DNA from: an uncultured Spirochaetota bacterium
Lineage (GTDB): Bacteria > Spirochaetota > Spirochaetia > SZUA-6 > Fen-1364
Direction of reading: 5' to 3'
Assembly: GCA_963734545.1 (NCBI GenBank)
Contig: CAVTHO010000008.1
Coordinates: 736,001-800,000, forward strand
DNA length: 64,000 nucleotides
A model generated the notes under the pieces. It saw nothing but the letters and a program-made list of their open reading frames with translations, did no database searches and was not told the DNA's origin. Of the stretch, positions 1 to 9,979 are shown piece after piece. Positions within the stretch are counted from its first letter, which is position 1. Every line of letters begins with the position of its first letter. The translations under genes were made by a program, and so were the position numbers.

Positions 1-347
1 ATCGTGTGTCCCGAGACCTGCGCGCGGAACTTCCAGGAGGCGCCGATCCGGGAGAGAATCGCCGGATGTCCGTCGAAGCTGACGGGGCCGGGAGAGAGGT
101 CGACCACCTCGCCGGGATTCAATGTGAGGTAACTCGGGCGGGCCGGTTTTGCGGCCTGAGGTGTCTCCCGCGGCACGGGGGGCGTGGGCAGCCTCTCATG
201 GCTCGAAGAGCCCCCGCCTGTCGCGGCCGACGAAACAGTCGCCGACCAGGCCGACTCTGAAGGCAGAACCAGAAACATCGAGGCACCAATGAGGAGGAAC
301 GCGCAAAGAAGAAGCAGGAGAGATCTTCGTCCATGAAAGAATGACAT
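1..347 (-). CDS. Secreted hypothetical protein, partial (runs off the window's left edge)
   Basis: Manual translation from ATG at 347: MSFFHGRRSLLLLLCAFLLIGASMFLVLPSESAWSA..., signal-peptide-like, then a Pro/Ser linker; frame is open to position 1. Confidence 0.65.
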   Translation of the reverse strand, partial: MSFFHGRRSLLLLLCAFLLIGASMFLVLPSESAWSATVSSAATGGGSSSHERLPTPPVPRETPQAAKPARPSYLTLNPGEVVDLSPGPVSFDGHPAILSRIGASWKFRAQVSGHT

Positions 348-466
348 GATTTGCATGACCGTAGGCTTCATAGGGCAAGAATTGCAGGGATTATATCGTG
401 TCAGTCAGAAACAATCCAGAGCTTGCGGCGCTCACGCGGATGCGCCCGCCGACAGGCCGGGAGCCG

Positions 467-577
467 TCCAAGTCCGCGGAGTACCGCGGAAGGGCTACGG
501 GCCTCCTTTCGTGCGTCCCTCGCCCTCCAACTCCGCGGAGTACCGCGGAAGGGCTACGGGCCTCCTTTCGTGCGTCC
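467..577. repeat. Two near-identical tandem copies (59-bp period) of a REP-like palindromic unit
   Basis: TCCAA(G/C)TCCGCGGAGTACCGCGGAAGGGCTACGGGCCTCCTTTCGTGCGTCC at 467-518 and 526-577. Confidence 0.9.
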
Positions 578-606
578 ATGCACTCGTCGGCCCTCGCCCT
601 CCCTGG

Positions 607-1302
607 CTACGGCGCAGCCGTAAACCTGTACCCTGTTCCATGAACCGTGGTGAAATGCCGGGGCCGGGCAGGGTCGTCCTCGACCTTCTTGCGGAGGCCC
701 GCCATGTGCTGGTCCAGGGTCCGGGTCGTGCCCTCGTAACGCACGCCCCACACTTCGTCCATCAGGGTGATCCGATCCAGGGCCTCCCCTTCGCGCGAGG
801 TGAAAAGACGCAGAAGGGCGAGCTCGCGCCGGCTGATGTCGAACGCGCGGTCTCCCTTTGTCCCCCGCATGGTGCGGGGGTCTATCGTCACATCGCCGAA
901 TCGTATGGGGCGGTCGTCCCGTCCGCTTTCCTTCGGCTTGCCGCGGCGCAGGACCGCCCGGACACGGGCAAGGAGCTCCTGTGCGCTGAATGGCTTCACC
1001 ACGTAGTCGTCGGCACCGAGCTCGAGCCCGACCACCTTGTCCACCTCCTCGCCCTTCGCGGTGAGCATGATCACCGGAGTGGAGGCGTCCGTGCGCCTGA
1101 TCTCACGACACACCTCGTAGCCGCTCTTTTCCGGAATCATGACGTCCAGCAGCACGAGGTCCGGTCTTGCCTCGGCGTGGCGCGCGAGGGCGGCAGCCCC
1201 GTCCATCGCCTGTTCGACGAGGAACCCCTCCCCCTGCAGAAGGTCGACGAGGCCGGTGAGGATGGCCGGGTCGTCCTCCACCACGAGGATCCGCTTCTTC
1301 AT
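607..1302 (-). CDS. OmpR/PhoB-family response regulator
   Basis: REC domain (ILVVEDD, LLDVMIP, GADDYVVKPF) plus winged-helix C-terminus (TRTLDQHMAGLRKK, TVHGTGYRF). Confidence 0.95.
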   Translation of the reverse strand: MKKRILVVEDDPAILTGLVDLLQGEGFLVEQAMDGAAALARHAEARPDLVLLDVMIPEKSGYEVCREIRRTDASTPVIMLTAKGEEVDKVVGLELGADDYVVKPFSAQELLARVRAVLRRGKPKESGRDDRPIRFGDVTIDPRTMRGTKGDRAFDISRRELALLRLFTSREGEALDRITLMDEVWGVRYEGTTRTLDQHMAGLRKKVEDDPARPRHFTTVHGTGYRFTAAP

Positions 1303-3437
1303 GACTCATCACCCCCGTCACCGGTCCCCGCGCCGGGCAGACGGACAACGAAGTCGCTTCCGCCGCCTGCCCGGGGCAGGCACGATATGTCACCGCCGTG
1401 GTCGCGGGCGATTCTGCGCGCGATGGTCAGACCCAATCCCGTGCCTCGCACCCGGCTGGAAAGAGAGTCGTCCACGCGAAAGAACTCGCGGAATATGCGC
1501 TCCCTGTCCTTTTCCGCAACGCCGATCCCCCGGTCCCGCACGTGCACGCTGATGAGGTCCGTTGCCCGCGTCACCTCCACCTCGATCTCCTTTCTGTCGG
1601 GAGAGTACTTCTCCGCGTTCGAGAGCAGGTTGAGGACAACCTGCTTCAAGGCCTCCGGATCGGCACGCACGTATGCGTCGACTCCGTCCCCCGCCAGGGA
1701 GAGGGAGAACCCGCGGCTCTCCAGGCCGGTGCGCTGGCTCTCCACGATTTCCCGCGTTGCCCGGGCAGCGTCGATGACTCTCATCGCGTATCTCTTGCCG
1801 CCGCGCTCGCTCGCCGAGAAATCGAGCACGTTGTTGATAAGACGTGTCAGGCGCTCGGTTTCCGATGCCATCAGGGAGAGATACCGGGCGCGCTTTCGTG
1901 CGTCCGGCTGCCGTTTGCCCTGCAGCAGCTCCACGAACAGGCTGATCGATGTGAGAGGCGTCTTGAGCTCGTGCGAAACATTGGTGACAAAGGAGGCCTT
2001 CTTCTGGGCGAGCCGCATCTCCCCGTAGACGGAGTTGAGCACGAGCGTTCCCCCGCCGGCCACCGATATGAAGAGGATCAGCACCATGATCCAGATCACA
2101 AACGAGGATGAGCGGGCCTGGGCGGAGATGACGTCCGGACTCGTGAGATAGCCCGCCGCCTCCCACCTCGGCAGAGACTCCCCTATCTCGCGTGAAACAA
2201 AGGGCTGCCGCCAGTTGCGCGCGGTCGATTCGGGCGGGGTTGCCAGGGGAGCGCCGTTCTCATCGAGAATCGTGATGATCCGCACCGGCGTGTAGGTCCC
2301 CGCGAGCACGCCCGAGATGCGCTGGTGCAGCGCGCCCACGGAGACTTCGCAGCCCGCAATCCTGCCGTCCTTCTGGCGCTCCCAGAAGAGGAACGTGAGC
2401 GTGTCTCCAATGAACCGCGGAATGAGACCGTAGCCTCCCTGTGAGGCGATCTGGCTGAGAAGCCGGGAGGTGATGACGAACTGGGACTGCTGCGCGACCG
2501 GGGCCTGGATGGCTCCGGCGGCCGGGGCAGCCGTGGGCACCGTGGCGGGAGTCTCTTTCTTGTCGGCCGGTGCAAGATCGGTTGCCGCAAGCTCGGTTTC
2601 GATCGCGCCCGCCGCAGGAGGCGCTGCATCCGCGGAATACCGCGGTGCGGCCGTGCTCGGCGCCGCGTTCTGCGCCATCTTCGACAAAGGCTGCGCGACA
2701 CGCGGGCTCACCCTGTCGCCCTTCTCCCGCGCCTGCTCGTACACCCTGCTTTGCAGAGCCGGGTCTTGCGCGAATGCGTCGAGCGCCATCTGGCGGGAGG
2801 CGGTGTCCGATGTCGCCCCGGCCTGGCCGCCGGCCGCCGCGGCCGCCCGGGTCTCGTCTTTCGTGAATGACTGCGACTCGGCGGCAGCCGTCTCCGTCGA
2901 GGCCGCGCCCTTCCGCGGCGCCGGCGCCGAGTCCGCGGAGTCCCCCGGCGCGGGCTTCTCCGACGCGCGCTCGGTTCTGCGGGTCTCAGCGAGGATTTCC
3001 TGCCGGTACTTGACCGCGATATTCTGCAGCACCACGGTCGTTGCCTTGTCACTCAGGAAATCGCCATTCCGCAGCAGGAATTGCCGCTGCGCGGCGTCGA
3101 GTCCGGCACTCTCGCGCGGCCAGAGAATCCCGTATCGAGGCGAAAGAAGAAACGGCACACCCACAAGGGGTGTCGCCCGCTGCCAGCGCGGCAGGATCCG
3201 GGCGTAGTCACCCGCGTCGGGCACTTCGATTCCCGCGCGCAGCTCGTCGACGATCCGCCCCACCTCCGCGGCGGCGAGGCCCGCCGTCTGGGTGACCTCT
3301 GCGAGGAGGGTCGTCGTGAGCTGCTTCTCGACAAACGCCTCCTCTCTGCCCGCGGCGCGGATGGAGAGCACTGCCAGCAGGATGCTGGGCACGATGACGG
3401 CGGCGACGAAGATCAGGCCGAGGTTGCGGGATTTCAC
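1299..3437 (-). CDS. Membrane sensor histidine kinase (HisKA + HATPase_c)
   Basis: Two TM segments, VSHELKTPL H-box, NLLSNAEKY N-box, DRGIG, GTGLGL; GTG start with GGAGGG RBS; 4-bp overlap with the response regulator. Confidence 0.93.
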   Translation of the reverse strand: MKSRNLGLIFVAAVIVPSILLAVLSIRAAGREEAFVEKQLTTTLLAEVTQTAGLAAAEVGRIVDELRAGIEVPDAGDYARILPRWQRATPLVGVPFLLSPRYGILWPRESAGLDAAQRQFLLRNGDFLSDKATTVVLQNIAVKYRQEILAETRRTERASEKPAPGDSADSAPAPRKGAASTETAAAESQSFTKDETRAAAAAGGQAGATSDTASRQMALDAFAQDPALQSRVYEQAREKGDRVSPRVAQPLSKMAQNAAPSTAAPRYSADAAPPAAGAIETELAATDLAPADKKETPATVPTAAPAAGAIQAPVAQQSQFVITSRLLSQIASQGGYGLIPRFIGDTLTFLFWERQKDGRIAGCEVSVGALHQRISGVLAGTYTPVRIITILDENGAPLATPPESTARNWRQPFVSREIGESLPRWEAAGYLTSPDVISAQARSSSFVIWIMVLILFISVAGGGTLVLNSVYGEMRLAQKKASFVTNVSHELKTPLTSISLFVELLQGKRQPDARKRARYLSLMASETERLTRLINNVLDFSASERGGKRYAMRVIDAARATREIVESQRTGLESRGFSLSLAGDGVDAYVRADPEALKQVVLNLLSNAEKYSPDRKEIEVEVTRATDLISVHVRDRGIGVAEKDRERIFREFFRVDDSLSSRVRGTGLGLTIARRIARDHGGDISCLPRAGGGSDFVVRLPGAGTGDGGDES

Positions 3438-3542
3438 CTGCGTGCTGCCCTCCCGGATTGTAGCAGGAAAGAGTGCTCCTGTCCCCGATGCATGAAACCA
3501 GCATAGCAATCCGCCCCGGTACGGGTGTCAACGGAGGGAAAA

Positions 3543-3563
3543 AGAACTGTAAGAGAAGTGTAA
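3543..3563. promoter_or_regulatory. Candidate OmpR-family direct-repeat box
   Basis: AGAACTGTAA-G-AGAAGTGTAA, 11-bp period, upstream of the two-component operon. Confidence 0.45.
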
Positions 3564-3588
3564 AACCAGGCGCGCCGATGCCTCGTCC

Positions 3589-3632
3589 TTGACCTGTATC
3601 CGGATTTAATCTATAGAAGGTTTCTATAGAAG
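3589..3632 (+). promoter_or_regulatory. Putative sigma70 promoter with overlapping palindromic operator
   Basis: TTGACC-17bp-TATAGA; TCTATAGAAG occurs twice and the second copy contains the palindrome TTCTATAGAA. Confidence 0.5.
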
Positions 3633-3666
3633 CATCTCATCGAACCTCGCCGAGGGAGGCGTTCTC

Positions 3667-4395
3667 ATGGCAAAGAAGCTGCGCGTGACGGTCTGGAACG
3701 AGTACAGGCACGAAAAGAGCGATCCTGCCGTGGCGGCAATCTATCCAAAGGGGATACAGGGAGCCATTGCAGGAGCCTTGTCCGGTGAGCCCGACATGAC
3801 GGTGCGCACCGCGACCCTGGACGAACCCTCGCACGGTCTCACGGATGATACCCTGGCCTCCACCGACGTTCTCACGTGGTGGGGTCACATGGCGCATGAC
3901 CAGGTCAGGGACGAGGTGGCGGAGAAGGTCCAGAAGAGAGTACACGAGGGCATGGGCCTCATCGTGCTGCATTCAGGCCACATGTCGAAGCCATTCGTCC
4001 GGCTCATGGGGACGAGCTGCCTGCTGCGCTGGCGTGAGGCGGGAGAAAAGGAGAGGCTCTGGGTGGTGGAGCCGGGCCACCCCATCGTGGACGGGCTGGG
4101 GCCCTTCTTCGAGATCCCCCATGAAGAGATGTACGGGGAGCGCTTCGACGTGCCTGCCCCGGAATCCACCGTGTTCATCAGCTGGTTTGCCGGCGGGAAC
4201 GTGTTCCGGTCGGGCTGCTGCTTCACGCGCGGCAAGGGGCGGATCTTCTACTTCAGGCCCGGCCATGAGACCTTTCCCACCTACCATCAGAGGGAAGTCC
4301 AGCTCGTGATCAGAAACGCGGTCCGGTGGGCGGCGCCGGGGAACGGGCCCGTGATGAAGCTGGGCGACCCCGAGCAGCCTCTGGAGAGGATCTGA
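3667..4395 (+). CDS. thuA: ThuA-like (trehalose utilization) domain protein
   Basis: [37 protein letters not shown] motifs. Confidence 0.88.
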   Translation: MAKKLRVTVWNEYRHEKSDPAVAAIYPKGIQGAIAGALSGEPDMTVRTATLDEPSHGLTDDTLASTDVLTWWGHMAHDQVRDEVAEKVQKRVHEGMGLIVLHSGHMSKPFVRLMGTSCLLRWREAGEKERLWVVEPGHPIVDGLGPFFEIPHEEMYGERFDVPAPESTVFISWFAGGNVFRSGCCFTRGKGRIFYFRPGHETFPTYHQREVQLVIRNAVRWAAPGNGPVMKLGDPEQPLERI

Positions 4396-4422
4396 GGCAG
4401 GTCCCGCCCGGAAGGAGAAGCG

Positions 4423-5434
4423 ATGTTGGAAACAAAAGTAGGATGGATTGGAATCGGGGTCATGGGCCGGTCGATGTGCGGTCATCTGCAGAAAGCCGGC
4501 TATCCCGTCTCGCTCTATACGCGAACCCGGGAAAAGGCCGTCGAGCTCCTCGCTGCCGGCGCCTCCTGGTGCGCGACGCCCGGCGAGGTGGCGCGGCGCA
4601 GCGACGTCGTCTTCACGATGGTGGGATTCCCGGCGGATGTCGAGCAGGTCTACCTGGCAGATGACGGAATCCTCGCCGGCGTGCGCACGGGGAGCATCGT
4701 CTGCGACATGACCACTTCGGAGCCGTCTCTGGCAGTGAAGATCTACAAGGAAGCCTCGGCCCGGTCGGCGGCATCCCTGGATGCCCCCGTATCCGGAGGT
4801 GACGTCGGCGCCCGGGAGGCAAAACTTGCCATCATGGTCGGGCGGCGACAAACACGCGTTCGACGCCGTGCTTCCGCTTTTTCGGAAGATGGGAGAGACA
4901 ATCGCGCTGATGGGCGGACCCGGGGCAGGCCAGCATACCAAGATGGCGAACCAGATCGTCATCTCGGGAAACATGATCGGGATGGTGGAGGCCCTGCTCT
5001 ACACGCACAAGGCAGGGCTCGGGCTTGACGCGATGATCGACATCGTGGGCAAAGGCGCCGCGTCCTCGTTCTCGTTCAACAACCTGGGCAGGAGGATCGC
5101 AAAAGGCGACTTCAGTCCCGGCTTCTTCATCAAGCATTTCGTCAAGGACATGGGAATTGCGCTCCAGGAGGCGCGTCGCATGAACCTTGCGCTGCCCGGC
5201 CTCGCGCTGGTGAATCAGTTCTATCTTTCCGCGCAGGCTCTCGGCCTTGAAAACCTGGGCACGCAGGGTCTCTACAAGGTGCTCGCGAAGATGAACGCAA
5301 TCGATGAGCTGATCCAAGCCAGGCACAATCAATTAGAGAAAATAGAGATATTGGTGAATTGCAAAATCATGATAGAACCCGAGCCGGAAGAGCGGCCATT
5401 GGATTTCCGATGCCGAATAAATCCTCTACAATGA
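4423..5434 (+). CDS. NAD(P)-dependent oxidoreductase, 3-hydroxyisobutyrate/2-hydroxy-3-oxopropionate reductase family (frameshift near 4840)
   Basis: GWIGIGVMG, DAPVSGGD, then in another frame GAGQHTKMANQ and HFVKDM; 3' end uncertain. Confidence 0.88.
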
Positions 5435-5588
5435 AAAAGACAGAAGTCATGCATGACCGGATCATGACGATTCATCTTCATGACGACGTGCTTATCATGA
5501 TATCGCGCAAAGAACAGACAACATCGCGCATCATTGCGATTATGTTTTGACGGTTTGTGTCGATGCTAAAAATACCAAAAGAAATTGC

Positions 5589-5617
5589 TTGACAGTAAAA
5601 ATGACGCCAGCTATAAT
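5589..5617 (+). promoter_or_regulatory. Perfect-consensus sigma70 promoter
   Basis: TTGACA (5589-5594), 17-bp spacer, TATAAT (5612-5617), AT-rich upstream region. Confidence 0.88.
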
Positions 5618-5701
5618 GCCAGCATAAACTACTTTAGCAGGGGTGATGATTTAAGGCCGTTGGCTTTTCATCCCCCCCAAAAAACTTGGAGGAGGGACTG
5701 A

Positions 5702-6786
5702 ATGAAGAAAGCGGTAGTTTTGGGCATGATTCTTCTAGCCCTTGGCACTCTGGCATACGCTGATGCCAGCATTGGCTTTGGGTGGGGGCGCACAACGTTT
5801 ACCGTACGTCGGCAGAGGGCACTCGGCGATCGGAAGACATTCTGTCAGGGTGGGGAACTCAACGATTTCCCGTTCAGCCCCGCGCGAGAATCTCGACATC
5901 GCTTACTCAGGCGACCACACGGCATTCCATCTTCACCGGCTATCTGGATGGCACGAACCTGAGCTGGGTGGGCATCTACGGCACCCTGAAGCTGATGCCG
6001 GATATGTTCAGCGTCATGATCGGTCGAGTTCGACGATGATGGATGGGACACGTTCAGGAAGACTTCTCCGCACCCGATCCGCGATGTGAACAACAACAAC
6101 GTCGGCCGTTTCAACGGCTATGGTATAATCCTGGACGTTGCGCCGAAAGATTCCGGATTCGAAGCAGCGGTCATGTACAAGACCGGTGATCCTACCGGGA
6201 CTGGCGCCCTCGACCGGCGGAACCGAAGGATCATGCAGACCCTGAACAACACCAACATTGCGGCATCCTATACCGTTCCCAACACGGTGAAGATCGTGGC
6301 TGGATCTCTGCAGACACGAGGCGACGCTTGTACACGGCGAACCGGAACATCTTCGGACGCGTTGAGCTCCTCATGGTTCCGAACCTCACCGTCTGGGCGG
6401 ATGTGAGGTATGCTGGCTTCGACGCGAGCCGGACAGCAGTGTCCAATATCAACGCCGAGCTTGCTGGCGCGTACGATATGAAGCCTCTGACCATCGTCTT
6501 CGCCGCCGTCTTCGGGTCGAACGATGCTTGGGGGAACCAGGTCACGAGCTTGGGCTGTGTACCCCGAAGTGTACTACAACATGGGCGCCTTCACGCTTGG
6601 TCTGTACGGCAACTCATGGCCGGACCGACTCTTCGGCCATCAGCGGAATTGAGCTAGCAGGTCGAGCCCTACGTGAAGCTGAATGATTTCAACACGAGAA
6701 TCAGCTTCGTACATCGGCCAACAGCGTCTGACACAGGCAGCATCTCCACCTGGGAAATCCCCATCATGATCGACTGGGGCTTCTAG
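5702..6786 (+). CDS. Putative major outer-membrane beta-barrel/porin-like protein (many frameshifts)
   Basis: Strong RBS, signal peptide MKKAVVLGMILLALGTLAYA, amphipathic beta-strand segments spread over several frames, C-terminus WEIPIMIDWGF* with terminal Phe. Confidence 0.7.
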
Positions 6787-6802
6787 TCTCTGCATGAACT
6801 TG

Positions 6803-6833
6803 AAAGGCGCGCTGCCAAGCGCGCCTTTTTTTT
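6803..6833 (+). terminator. Rho-independent terminator
   Basis: AAAGGCGCGC-tgccaa-GCGCGCCTTT followed by a T-tract. Confidence 0.9.
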
Positions 6834-6936
6834 GCCTATCTCCGCCATTCTGCCCGCGCTCCCCTTGTGCTTGAAATAGTTCCTCGTGACATGCGATAGT
6901 TTCCCGGTGTTGAATTGAGTGGAGGAGGAAGAATAC

Positions 6937-7612
6937 ATGCGCACGGGGAAAGTCATAAGTCTTCTTTTCATTGCCGCTCTTTTGCTTCACCGGGTGCGCC
7001 AGCAGGATAGGCTATCCGGTGAAAGCGGTCGGGATCCCTACGCCTGTGACACTTTTTTCAAGCATGCCACAAACGGGGACGATCACGAAAAACCTGGACT
7101 ACTTCTCCAAAGAAGCATGGAGCCTGCTTTACCAGAAGAAGTTTGAAGACAACCTGAGCCAGATCTCCACTGACAGGCTGCTGAGAAGCTTGGACATACG
7201 GTTTCGCAATAATGCGGCCAAGGCACCCAACCTTTTCACGCTCAGCTCAACCGAGGTCCTGAACACCAGCATCACATACTCAAAGACCAAGAGTGATCCG
7301 CCCGACTATTCCGGTTTTGATTTCAGCCAGTACAAGGCAACGATCCCCACGCAATACATACTGGCCCTCACGATCGATGAATGGGGGATCATAGCGGCAA
7401 AGAAGAACGAAGAAAACGGGCCGTATGTGTCCCTCACGATGCAGCTTATCGACAAGGAAACGAATGCGAGCCTCTGGAAGTACAGCTACCTGTTCCAGGA
7501 GCCGGTTGACAAGGATGCGAATGAGCTGACGAAGGTGTCGGCGCTGCAGGATATCTACGAACAGCTGATCCCCAGGGCGGTGGACGCATACTTCATGTGG
7601 CTCGGCAATTAG
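6937..7612 (+). CDS. Hypothetical lipoprotein (frameshift in signal peptide)
   Basis: MRTGKVISLLFIAALLL joins ...FTGC lipobox in the 6971..7612 frame; GGAGG RBS. Confidence 0.7.
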
Positions 7613-7626
7613 CAGGGGGAGCCTGC

Positions 7627-9143
7627 ATGGCGTTCTACTATCCCGAAGCCGTCGCACACGTTCAGCGAATATCTCCTGATCCCCAACCTCACTCGCAAGG
7701 AGTGCTCCGCGGAGTCAGTCTCGCTTTCCACGCCGCTGGTGCGGTACGCGAAAGGCCACGAGGCTGCAATCCAGCTCGCCATACCTTTCAGTTCCGCGAT
7801 CATGCAGTCCGTGTCGGACCACGCCATGGCCATCGCCCTGGCGCGCGCGGGCGGAATCGCCTTCATCTTCGTCTCCCAGCCGATCGCAGACCAGGCGGGA
7901 ATGGTGGAGCGGGTCAAGAAGTTCAAGGCAGGGTTCGTGGTGAGCGATTCCAACATACGTCCTGACGCCACGCTGACAGGACGTGCTGGCCCTGCGAGAG
8001 CGCACGGGACACACCACCATGGCCGTGACGTCAGACGGCACGCCCGACGGGACAGCTTCTCGGCATGCTGACCAGCCGCGATTACCGGCTCAGCACCACG
8101 CCGCCCGGACGCGCGCGTGCGGGACCTGATGACAAAGTTCCCCGATCTCATATACGGAGATGAGGGCATCACGCTTTCCGAGGCCAATGAGCTGATCTGG
8201 CGGCACAAGCTCAATTGCCTTCCGGTGATTGCAAAGAGCGGTGCCCTGGCCAACCTCGTCTTCCGCAAGGACTACGCGGAGCACAAGGAGAATCCCCGGC
8301 GAGCTCGTGGATGGGGACAAGCGCCTGGTGGTCGGCGCGGGCATCAACACCCGCGACTATGCGGAAAGGGTGCCCGCCCTCGTTGCCGCAGGGGCGGACG
8401 TGCTCTGCGTGGACTCCTCCGACGGCTTCTCCGAATGGCAGTCAGATACGATCAAATGGATTCGCAGGACCTACGGAGAGAAGGTGAAGGTCGGAGGCGG
8501 AAACGTCGTGGACGCGGAAGGCTTCCGTTATCTCGCGGACGCGGGCGCTGATTTTGTGAAAGTGGGCGTCGGCGGAGGCTCGATCTGCATCACCCGGGAG
8601 CAGAAAGGCATCGGCCGCGGCCAGGCAACGGCGGTCATCGAGGTGGCCCAGGCCAGGGACCAGTATTTCCGGGACACGGGCTTCTACGTTCCCCTCTGCT
8701 CGGACGGGGGCATCGTGCAGGACTACCACATCGTCCTTGCCCTGGCCATGGGCGCGGATTTCGTCATGATGGGAAGATTCTTCGCGCGTTTCGACGAGGC
8801 GCCGGGCAGGCGCCTGCGAATCGGCGGCAACTACGTCAAGGAGTACTGGGGCGAAGGCTCGAACAGGGCGCGGAACTGGCAGCGCTACCACGAAGGGGAA
8901 GGCCGTCAGGGCCTCGGCTTCGAGGAAGGCGTGGACGGCTATGTTCCCTACGCGGGCAAGCTGAAGGACAACCTGGATTCCACGCTGAGCAAGATCCGCA
9001 GCACCATGACGAGCTGCGGGGCCTGCACCATCCCCGAGCTGCAGTCCCGCGCGCGCATCACGCTCGCCTCCGCCGTGAGCATCCGTGAAGGCAGCGCGCA
9101 CGACATCGTCGCCAAGGAGAACGAGATCATCCCGACCGCATGA
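7627..9143 (+). CDS. guaB: IMP dehydrogenase with CBS domains (several frameshifts)
   Basis: [58 protein letters not shown]. Confidence 0.95.
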
Positions 9144-9204
9144 GGCGTGGCCACCGATGGCGACGGGCGCCTACGGGCTCTACGCGATAGGCGCTCGGCC
9201 CTGC

Positions 9205-9966
9205 CTACAGCTCGCCGTCCAGCTCCACGCCGACCGGGCAGTGATCCGAGCCTGTTATCGAGTCCAGGATAAAAGCGTTCCGCAGCCTCTCCCGCAGTGA
9301 CTCGGAGACGCACACATAGTCGATGCGCCATCCGATGTTCCTCTCACGCGCACGCGTCACGTTACTCCACCACGTGTAGCGCTGCCCCTCGTCGTGATAC
9401 ACCCTGAACGTATCGATGAAGCCCGCGCCGAGGAGCCGGGTGAAGCTCTTTCTCTCCTGGTCGGTGAATCCCGCGTTCATCCTGTTGTCCCGGGGCCGTG
9501 CAATGTCGATCTCCTCGTGCGCAACGTTCATGTCGCCGCAGAAGAGCACGGGTTTTCTCTGCGCCAGTCGCTTTGCGAATGCGCGGAACCTGCGGTCCCA
9601 CTCGAGGCGGAAGTCGAGCCGCGGAAGTCCCCGCTGGCTGTTGGGCACATAGACGCTCACCACGTAGAGGGAGGCAAACTCCGCCGTGACCACGCGGCCT
9701 TCCGCGTCGGAAACCTTGTCCCCTATGCCCGCTTTCCATGAAACTGGCTCGACCCGGGAGAGCACCGCGGTCCCCGAGTATCCCGGCTTGAGCGCCGTGG
9801 CAAAACACTGGAAGGGAAGACTGGGAAGTACCCGGCCGACCTGGTGCTCGCCGGCCCGGACCTCCTGGAGACACACGATGTCCGGTCTCTGCCGGGCCAC
9901 CGTCTTCATGCCGCCCTTGGCGAGCACGGCACGCAGCCCGTTCACATTCCACGAGAGAAGCTTCAA
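9205..9966 (-). CDS. xth: Exodeoxyribonuclease III / AP endonuclease
   Basis: SWNVNGLRA, CLQE, GDMNVAH, GWRIDY, GSDHCPV. Confidence 0.95.
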   Translation of the reverse strand: MKLLSWNVNGLRAVLAKGGMKTVARQRPDIVCLQEVRAGEHQVGRVLPSLPFQCFATALKPGYSGTAVLSRVEPVSWKAGIGDKVSDAEGRVVTAEFASLYVVSVYVPNSQRGLPRLDFRLEWDRRFRAFAKRLAQRKPVLFCGDMNVAHEEIDIARPRDNRMNAGFTDQERKSFTRLLGAGFIDTFRVYHDEGQRYTWWSNVTRARERNIGWRIDYVCVSESLRERLRNAFILDSITGSDHCPVGVELDGEL

Positions 9967-9979
9967 GTTGTGCGCGCCC

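Noticed and set aside
467-577. Tandem palindromic repeats (also 16602, 38833, 44038) read as CRISPR arrays
   Set aside because: Only 2-4 units, no unique spacers, no leader and no cas genes
346-2028. Long antisense ORFs (also 30209-31846, 44800-46200, 46393-47796 and others)
   Set aside because: Shadow ORFs opposite real genes, expected in high-GC DNA; no recognisable motifs
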